Positions 25,159 through 32,000 of a DNA stretch of 32,000 nt are shown here, in pieces. A program made the translations under genes and the position numbers. The notes below the pieces were generated by a model. That model did not search any database. It was not told where the DNA came from and saw only the letters and a list, made by a program, of their open reading frames with translations. The stretch covers positions 1-32,000 of the forward strand of contig CAZPUN010000050.1 of NCBI GenBank assembly GCA_964589775.1, in the 5' to 3' direction. This DNA is from an uncultured archaeon (GTDB lineage Archaea > Asgardarchaeota > Thorarchaeia > Thorarchaeales > CAZPUN01). Position 1 is the first letter of the stretch. Every line of letters begins with the position of its first letter.

Positions 25159-26481
25159 ATGAGTACCGGTAGTACTGTTGATGCCGATTATCTTATTACA
25201 AATGGACATTTATTGACTATGGATGATAGTCTAACAGAATTTAAGAATGGTGCCATTGCATTTCGCGGTGATAAAATAATATATGTAGGTCCTGTTGAAT
25301 CTGCTTCTGGAATCGTTGCTGAATATGAAATTGATGCCAAAGGGAAGTTTGTATTACCCGGTTTCATAAATGGGCATACACACATAGGAATGTCATTAAT
25401 GCGCGGATTAGGTGATGATCTCGCACTTATGGACTGGCTAACGAAGGTCATTTGGCCATTCGAACTAAAAATGACTCCTGATGATGTCTATACTGCAAGT
25501 TTGCTTAGTATTGCAGAGCTTCTACAATCTGGTGTTACAACCATAAATGACATGTATTTCCATATGGATTCTGTTGTTCGAGCTATTGAGGAGACTGGAA
25601 TTCGTGCAATTCTTGGTTATGGTATGATTGATCTGGGTAATGAGCAAAAAAGATTAGCTGAATTGAAAGAAGAGAGGCGATTCATTAATAGTATATTGGG
25701 GCGTTCTGATAGAATTATGGTATCAGTCACTCCGCATGCTGCCAATACATGTTCAAAGGAACTACTTCAAGAAAGCATTGCATTAGCGAAGGAATACAAT
25801 ATTCCGATTCATATTCATCTTTCTGAAACAAAAGGTGAAATTAAAGCCATCAAAAAAGAGACTGGAAAATCTCCTGTTGAATATTTAGAAGAAATTGGTC
25901 TTTTTGATGCTAAAGTTATAGCTGCGCATGGTGTATGGCTGTCCGAATCAGAACTTAAGATTTTGTCCAAGCATGATGTTTCCATAATTCATAATCCTTC
26001 AAGTAATCTAAAATTAGGATCTGGTATCGCTCCAATTTCCAAGTTATTTGAACATGAAATAACTGTGGGTTTAGGTACTGATGGTCCCGCATCTAATAAC
26101 AATCAATCGATTCTTTTTGAAGCGCGACTTGCAGCTTTATTACAAAAGGGCCATAACCTTAATCCCAAGATATTACCTGCTGTTGATGCTCTTAGAATGG
26201 CTACGTCATTAGGCGCTAAATCTCTGGGATTACAAGACAAAATTGGTTCCTTGGAGGTAGGAAAGCAAGCTGACATAATAATGATCGATACACGCTCAGC
26301 ACACACGGTGCCTTCAGATAATCCATATTCAACGATAATATACTCCGCTTGGACATCAGATGTATCTGATGTATTCGTAGCTGGGCAACATCTGATTCAA
26401 AATCACAAGTTTAAGACAATTAACATAGACTCTGTAATTACAAATGCAAAAAAGGCGAAAGAAAGATTGTTAAATATTTGA
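25159..26481 (+). CDS. Amidohydrolase, MTA/SAH/5'-deoxyadenosine deaminase family
   Basis: Motifs PGFINGHTH, DMYF, PHA, HIHLSE, AAHGV, HNPSSNLKLGSG, LGTDGPASNN and GSLEVGKQAD. Confidence 0.9.
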   Translation: MSTGSTVDADYLITNGHLLTMDDSLTEFKNGAIAFRGDKIIYVGPVESASGIVAEYEIDAKGKFVLPGFINGHTHIGMSLMRGLGDDLALMDWLTKVIWPFELKMTPDDVYTASLLSIAELLQSGVTTINDMYFHMDSVVRAIEETGIRAILGYGMIDLGNEQKRLAELKEERRFINSILGRSDRIMVSVTPHAANTCSKELLQESIALAKEYNIPIHIHLSETKGEIKAIKKETGKSPVEYLEEIGLFDAKVIAAHGVWLSESELKILSKHDVSIIHNPSSNLKLGSGIAPISKLFEHEITVGLGTDGPASNNNQSILFEARLAALLQKGHNLNPKILPAVDALRMATSLGAKSLGLQDKIGSLEVGKQADIIMIDTRSAHTVPSDNPYSTIIYSAWTSDVSDVFVAGQHLIQNHKFKTINIDSVITNAKKAKERLLNI

Positions 26482-27012
26482 GGTCCTGTGTTTTACTGGG
26501 GCTCCACAATACGGGCAGAATCTATCTTCAGGCTTGAGTATGAATCCACAATACTCACAATATTTTCTTTCTTCAGGTGGTACTGCCGAATAATCATAGT
26601 TTGGATCTATTTCAGACTCACGAGATGGTTTAATTACGCCTGTTTGTGGATCAAAATGAACATCTAAGATGTTGTCTCTTTTTCCAGTCATGATCAAACT
26701 TCTAATTCTATCTTCGGGCATTCCAGTTCTTATCGAAATATCGTGGATTGTTTCAGCTCTACCAGTATAGATTATTCTTGATATGCGTGTTCTTTGATAA
26801 TTTGTGTATAGTTTCTTGCCGGATATCAATAAGATTATTATTATTGCAATATATATTATTGGTATATTTGTATAGAGAAAAAGGATCGAAGCCAACATTA
26901 TAATAAATCCGCTAAATCCAATACTTGTATTTCTTCTATATCCGATATATCTTGGATTACGATAATTAACGCGGTATATTCGTCGTCTTGGTCTTCTTCT
27001 TGAGCGTCTCAA
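26470..27012 (-). CDS. Membrane protein with Arg-rich N-terminus, HTH-like segment and C-terminal zinc ribbon
   Basis: Two TM helices, TIHDISIRTGMPEDRIRSLI and CEYCG..CPYCG. The start codon (TTG) is uncertain. Confidence 0.75.
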   Translation of the reverse strand: MRRSRRRPRRRIYRVNYRNPRYIGYRRNTSIGFSGFIIMLASILFLYTNIPIIYIAIIIILLISGKKLYTNYQRTRISRIIYTGRAETIHDISIRTGMPEDRIRSLIMTGKRDNILDVHFDPQTGVIKPSRESEIDPNYDYSAVPPEERKYCEYCGFILKPEDRFCPYCGAPVKHRTSNI

Positions 27013-27064
27013 TGTTTCTCACATATAATTAGTTGTGACATTGCCTCTTAATTTTTTCTAACTA

Positions 27065-28396
27065 TTAGCTCATGAGATATTTTTCGATCTGTTCTATGTT
27101 TATGTTTGTACTATTTACTATTGGTTGTGCTCGTCCTTGTGGTTCTAGTTTTATTAGCATATCTGCAGAATTCATGATTTCATTCATATGAGTTACGATA
27201 ATTACCTGTCCTTGGAGAGTATCGATTGCCTTTGGCAGCAGTGCTCTTCTGATAGAGTCAAGACCTACACCCGGTTCGTCTAATATTAACACTGGCGGTT
27301 TTGGTACCTGGCTTACTCTATTTTGAATCGCATAAACAACACCGACTCTCAGTGCAAAATTTGCGCAAACATCTTCACCACCGCTTAGCTCATCTAGAGG
27401 AATTTTATGCCCTTCATTGTCGATTAGGATAATCTCATAATTTTCATTCATAGTGAAATCGGTGTATCGTTCTGGAAATATGTTTGTAAAGATCAACCGA
27501 GCATATTTTTGTATATCGCTCATAATGTTATTTTTTATTATTTGAGGTATGTATTCAAGTTTTGATTTCAGTGTGTTCCATTCATTTATTTCATTGGATA
27601 ACTCCTGGATTTTTTCTTGCAAAGATTTAAGGTCAAATTGTGTTTTCGCAGACATAATGCTTCGATGGATTTCGTCCAGATTTCTTGATAGTGCCTTAAT
27701 TTTGTAAGTCAATTCTGGGTCTTTGATCTTAGTTTGAATCTCCTCGACTATCTTTTTAGAATTTAAAATGAGTTCGCTTTTAGGTAGTAGATCGATTGCG
27801 AATTTGGCTTTCTGAAGTAGGTCTCTTTCTTCATTTATCGTCTTTTTCAATTCTCTTATTTTACGATTTGCTTTATCTGCATATTTCAGATAGCTGTTCA
27901 GTCCAATTGACTTAAGAATAAGCTCCGCTCGTTCTTTTGGTGATGCGACAGTCATCTGAGTTATTTCGCCTTGTCGTACATAATACAAGGATGAAAACAT
28001 CTTTTCGTCTATGCCGAGTATTTTTTCTATCTTATTGTTTACTTCTTTTGTTTTCGCAGTGATTGTTTTCCCATCCTCATTCTTGAGTGTAGCTGTAGAT
28101 CTTGTTTTTCCTTTCCTATTGATAGTTCTCTTTACAATGTACAATTTATTATTGACCGGTGATATGAAATGAACTTTTACAACGGCTCTTTCTGCATCTC
28201 GATTTATTAATGTAGTTAGGTCTCGAATATATCGTTCCTTTCGTTTGACTTTGCCAAACAATCCAAATTCTATGCCTTCTAAAATTGTGGATTTTCCTAC
28301 TCCGTTTGGTCCTATTATTACAGTTGTTCGATCTGAAAAATTGAATTGTTGCTTCGTATATTGTTTAAAATTCTCTAACAATAGGGATTCAATCAT
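27065..28396 (-). CDS. rad50: Short Rad50/SbcC-like ABC ATPase (443 aa, no zinc hook)
   Basis: LENF, GPNGVGKST, YVRQGEI (Q-loop), LSGGE, LILDEP and IIVTH. The ATG at 28396 overlaps the end of mre11. Confidence 0.85.
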   Translation of the reverse strand: MIESLLLENFKQYTKQQFNFSDRTTVIIGPNGVGKSTILEGIEFGLFGKVKRKERYIRDLTTLINRDAERAVVKVHFISPVNNKLYIVKRTINRKGKTRSTATLKNEDGKTITAKTKEVNNKIEKILGIDEKMFSSLYYVRQGEITQMTVASPKERAELILKSIGLNSYLKYADKANRKIRELKKTINEERDLLQKAKFAIDLLPKSELILNSKKIVEEIQTKIKDPELTYKIKALSRNLDEIHRSIMSAKTQFDLKSLQEKIQELSNEINEWNTLKSKLEYIPQIIKNNIMSDIQKYARLIFTNIFPERYTDFTMNENYEIILIDNEGHKIPLDELSGGEDVCANFALRVGVVYAIQNRVSQVPKPPVLILDEPGVGLDSIRRALLPKAIDTLQGQVIIVTHMNEIMNSADMLIKLEPQGRAQPIVNSTNINIEQIEKYLMS

Positions 28397-29462
28397 TTTC
28401 TTGTGCCCCCAAGATCTCTTGTGCTTTTGCAAGGATTTTTTCACGATTAATCTCATTTTCAAGAACTTTTTCTAAATTCTCCATGATATTCAAAGGATTT
28501 GAAAACTCAAATTCATTCTCGATATATGTGTATTCTTCATGCTTAAAATGTACAAATAATGGAGAAAATTCATTGTATATATTATCTATGATATCTCTAA
28601 ATGGAATTTCAAATTTCTTACTAAGTGGAATATTACCCGTAAGTGGTATTATGACGATTGCATCATTAATTTCATATTTTGAAAGAATTGCAAACAACAT
28701 GTCCTGAAAGTTTTCAGGAGCTGTATTCTCTAGATTTATTCTTGAAAGTATGCTCACCGTTCTGATTCTAGGAATTTCAATTTCATTAATTTCGAGTCCC
28801 TGTGCATCAATATCGACGACATAAACCACTTTTCCTTCATGTTCCATTTCTAAATTTACGAAAGATGTCGAACCCGGTGAAAAGATACGCTTATTGCCAT
28901 CACGATATTTGGAATGAATATGCCCAACTCCCCAGTAATCAATTTTTGGGAGTTCTTTATCTGCTAATTCTCTAATGGGACTTGCATGAACTAATCCAAT
29001 ATTTATTTCGCCGTTTGGCTTTATTTGTGAAAGCCTATCCTGAAGATGTATTCTTGCTACCCACGGTATTCCCCAAATTTTTACAATTCTACCATCGTAT
29101 TCCTTTTCCACGGCTTCTATGTTTCGGCGTTTTAGAAAAACTGTAATGAACTTCTCATGTTGAAAATAATTTAATGGTGTGTTTAGTGCGTTTTCGTAAA
29201 TGGGGAGGTCATGGTTTCCTGGAATGATATACAAATCCGTGTCATTATATTCTTTAAAAAACTTTAATGTATCATTAACTGAGATTACAGGCGGGTCCCA
29301 TGAATCAAAAAAATCTCCTGTATGAATGATGAAATCTGGAGATTGCTTAATGCAGGTTTCATAAGCGCGTTCAAAATTCTTTTGGAAATCTTTTCTGCGT
29401 TCTTCTAGCCCAAATTGCATAAGACCCAGGTGTGAGTCAGTAATATGACAGAAGCGTACCAT
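28389..29462 (-). CDS. mre11: Mre11/SbcD nuclease
   Basis: Phosphoesterase motifs DSHLG, GDFFD, GNHD, VH and GHIH, then PGS; coupled to the Rad50-like gene. Confidence 0.92.
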   Translation of the reverse strand: MVRFCHITDSHLGLMQFGLEERRKDFQKNFERAYETCIKQSPDFIIHTGDFFDSWDPPVISVNDTLKFFKEYNDTDLYIIPGNHDLPIYENALNTPLNYFQHEKFITVFLKRRNIEAVEKEYDGRIVKIWGIPWVARIHLQDRLSQIKPNGEINIGLVHASPIRELADKELPKIDYWGVGHIHSKYRDGNKRIFSPGSTSFVNLEMEHEGKVVYVVDIDAQGLEINEIEIPRIRTVSILSRINLENTAPENFQDMLFAILSKYEINDAIVIIPLTGNIPLSKKFEIPFRDIIDNIYNEFSPLFVHFKHEEYTYIENEFEFSNPLNIMENLEKVLENEINREKILAKAQEILGAQEND

Positions 29463-29679
29463 TTTTTCTCGCCCACCGATACCGATCTATTATCAATTTC
29501 TCTGAACATCAATAAATATGTTTTGTCAGAATTCGAATATTTCGAAAAGTTGATTTTAGCGGTCTTAATACTTGATAAAGCGTAGAGCTTATATGCATAA
29601 TTTTTAATCGGAATAAATATTAAACTGAAAATAATAAAAATAATATGGAGAAATATTATCTGTGAGATGAGAATAGATT

Positions 29680-31476
29680 ATGAAAGCCTTCCTAGACACA
29701 AATTTTTTCATTTCGGGATTTAGTGAAAGGCCAAAGGATTTCAAATATGTAAGGCAGGCTGCAGATCGCTTAGGTATTAAGCTTGTGATTACAAGTCAGG
29801 CATTAAAAGAAATTCGTTGGTATTTAAGACGCGAAATTCAAGGTCAGGTTGAAGTAGTGGATGTTCTTGAGCGCGATTTGAAGCGATTCGCGAGCAGTTT
29901 TAAAAAGCCTGAGAGTGCTTTGCCACAATTGCCTGATCTCTCATTAATATACGCTGCAAGTAAGAGTAAAGGGTCTATTGTGGTGTCTTCTGATTTTAAG
30001 CTCATTCAAACAATTAAAGCGTTTAAATTTCCAATTGAAGGTATAGTGGGAAGCGCTTTCATGTTAAAAATGATTGAAGAGGTTGGAGATTTAAACCTTC
30101 GAGAAAAATTAAAGAAAATTCGTGAGCGCATTTATTCTGCTGAAGTTCGTTATAGTATTGAACGACAACAGATGTTTGATCCATTAACCAGAATTCAATT
30201 TATTGAAGAGCAAGCCCTACAAGTGTTAAGAGAAATAAACGAGACTAAAGCGAAGCTGAATGAAAAAACTTTGGAAGAAGGTTTGCTCATTCTTGATTTC
30301 ATTGAGGAGATCAAAGATACTATTCCGGGAATGTTTGAAGATTTTAGAGCTGGCAAGTACTATGCTCTAGCGAATGAACTTGAGGATTTGCAGAACGAAA
30401 TTGAACGCCAATTAACGTTATCGTCTCTCACAATGAGTTATGAATCACATCGAGAACTTGTTGAATATGTAGGTGAGCTAATTCTATTTCTGTACTATCT
30501 GGAAATGTTATGTTATATTTATGTTGCAAATAGTGAAGCAATTAAGAAGGCATTTAGTCTAAGTGAAGAATCCATGCGGCTGCTTATGTTCACTCCAATT
30601 GAGCATGTTCGACTTAAAGCTTCAGTCTACTTTTTGAGAATATTTCTTGCAATGTTACTTGAAAAATTTGATGAGATGGAATATTTCTACGGACTTTGGG
30701 AATCTCTTGTCAGTGCCTACAATTTAGAGGATATGATCACAGCCTCTGAAGGATTTTATGTTGCAATGCAAATTTTCCGTGATTATATGGGCGGGTTCTC
30801 ATTACAGAAGACAAAAATATATCATCCTGAGGAGACATGTCGATTTTTGAGTGATGTTGCACAATTTCTTATAGTGCTTGGAGACCTTAAACGCGCGCAA
30901 GCCATTACAATGAATCTATATAAAATTGCGGTCTTTTATAAAGTTCAACAATCTGCAGTTAAAGCAATTATTATTTTGTACCAAGTAAATCTTGTAGCAA
31001 AGGGTGCTTATCAAAAGGCATTTAATAAGGTCATAAAGCATGCATTAAATAGCTTTAAGAAAAAAGGATGGGATCTTGGCAAAATAGAACCAATAATTAA
31101 AGAGATGAACGGTGAATTTCCGGATGTATCAAAATATGCTCGTCCTGTTCCTGTAGATGCTAGAGATTTGCCAAAAGAATTACGAACATGGATGGACGCT
31201 CTTGGTGTAATTGAAATAAACAATAAGGAATATCTTGTCGTTAGAAATTGGGAGATCCAAGGGAACATCGCAATTAACTCAAAGCATCACAAGGATTTAC
31301 TTTCATTAAGAGCTGGTCATAAAGTATTTTTAATGTCTGGAGAGCTCAAAATTGTGAAAGCTCCCGAGCCTGTTTTGAAGGATTTTGGAATTGTATTAAT
31401 TATTACACCCAAGGAAAATGCTGAAATTTCTTTGCGTGGAGAATTTGGTTTTATAAATTTAAGTCCAAGTATTTAA
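29680..31476 (+). CDS. PIN-domain protein with long helical and C-terminal beta-rich regions
   Basis: PIN acidic motifs FLDTNF, ALKEI, PDLSLI and VSSDF in the first ~130 aa; the remainder is mostly helical. Confidence 0.75.
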   Translation: MKAFLDTNFFISGFSERPKDFKYVRQAADRLGIKLVITSQALKEIRWYLRREIQGQVEVVDVLERDLKRFASSFKKPESALPQLPDLSLIYAASKSKGSIVVSSDFKLIQTIKAFKFPIEGIVGSAFMLKMIEEVGDLNLREKLKKIRERIYSAEVRYSIERQQMFDPLTRIQFIEEQALQVLREINETKAKLNEKTLEEGLLILDFIEEIKDTIPGMFEDFRAGKYYALANELEDLQNEIERQLTLSSLTMSYESHRELVEYVGELILFLYYLEMLCYIYVANSEAIKKAFSLSEESMRLLMFTPIEHVRLKASVYFLRIFLAMLLEKFDEMEYFYGLWESLVSAYNLEDMITASEGFYVAMQIFRDYMGGFSLQKTKIYHPEETCRFLSDVAQFLIVLGDLKRAQAITMNLYKIAVFYKVQQSAVKAIIILYQVNLVAKGAYQKAFNKVIKHALNSFKKKGWDLGKIEPIIKEMNGEFPDVSKYARPVPVDARDLPKELRTWMDALGVIEINNKEYLVVRNWEIQGNIAINSKHHKDLLSLRAGHKVFLMSGELKIVKAPEPVLKDFGIVLIITPKENAEISLRGEFGFINLSPSI

Positions 31477-31592
31477 TTGCATAATTTCTCTTTTTCTTCA
31501 TTTTTATTATATTATATAAAAAATTATTTAAATAAGATTGAATATATGTTTATAGGGGCGAATACCTCTAAAGTATCATTAAGGGATGGAAA

Positions 31593-32000
31593 ATGTATCA
31601 AAGGGTGTCGACTGGCATCGATGAACTCGACGAAATATTATCAGGCGGATACATTAAAGGACGGGCTATTCTGATTGTTGGAGGGCCTGGCACAGGAAAG
31701 AGCATAATGACTTGGCAATTTCTAATGCGTGGTCTTAAAAATAATGAGAACGGTCTGTTGATTTCACTTGATCAAAATGAAAAAGATGTTATTGAAGACA
31801 TGGAATCATTAGGATTTGAACCAAGAAAATACATTGATGAGAAGAAATTACTCATTCTTAATGTTACTCCTGTAAAAGCTCTTAGGAGTGATGGAAAATA
31901 CGAATATCGCTTCTCTGCTGAGCATTCGATTTTTGGTCAGCGAACCTTTACCATGGATAATTTTATTTCGTTTGTTCATGAAAAAAGGCGTTTAATTAAT
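31593..32000 (+). CDS. KaiC/RAD55-family RecA-like ATPase (partial, runs off the window)
   Basis: Manual translation: MYQRVSTGIDELDEILSGGYIKGRAILIVGGPGTGKSIMTWQFL..., open to the end of the window. Confidence 0.92.
   Translation, partial: MYQRVSTGIDELDEILSGGYIKGRAILIVGGPGTGKSIMTWQFLMRGLKNNENGLLISLDQNEKDVIEDMESLGFEPRKYIDEKKLLILNVTPVKALRSDGKYEYRFSAEHSIFGQRTFTMDNFISFVHEKRRLIN

Noticed and set aside
28397-28462. N-terminal extension of Rad50 in the ORF track
   Set aside because: It overlaps mre11. The family-typical start MIESLLLENF begins at 28396.
31477-31674. 65-aa ORF in the track
   Set aside because: It spans the terminator/promoter region and is out of frame with the real KaiC-like gene starting at 31593.

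Overview
AT-rich, gene-dense archaeal window, very probably from an Asgard archaeon. The evidence is TFB and Mre11/Rad50 together with eukaryotic-signature proteins: longin domains, an Arf-like GTPase and a DENN-like domain. Housekeeping content: GDT1 transporter, macrodomain protein, tRNA-Cys(GCA), beta-CASP nuclease, nadA, cysS, tfb, Nudix hydrolase, feoAB, CoA-disulfide reductase/NADH oxidase, MTA/SAH-deaminase-like amidohydrolase, mre11, rad50-like and a partial KaiC/RAD55 ATPase. Main points of interest: (1) a longin-GTPase-longin-NPRL2-like winged-helix fusion followed by an apparent pseudo-GTPase, with a longin-DENN/folliculin-like gene 5 kb away; (2) an NAD-kinase-like protein with a degenerate GGDG motif fused to a winged HTH, transcribed divergently from nadA with a palindrome between them; (3) two diverged copies (902-1117 and 18508-18757) of a tiny non-autonomous IS200/IS605 element with IS608-like ends and a TnpB omegaRNA-like scaffold; (4) an orphan Cas6 with no array; (5) a hook-less mini-Rad50; (6) a secreted CUB-PPC-caspase-like protease. 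Smaller items include a 39-aa CxxC membrane microprotein missed by the ORF track, a 33-bp direct repeat at a convergent gene junction and several candidate operators. All family assignments come from motif recognition by eye; no searches were run.
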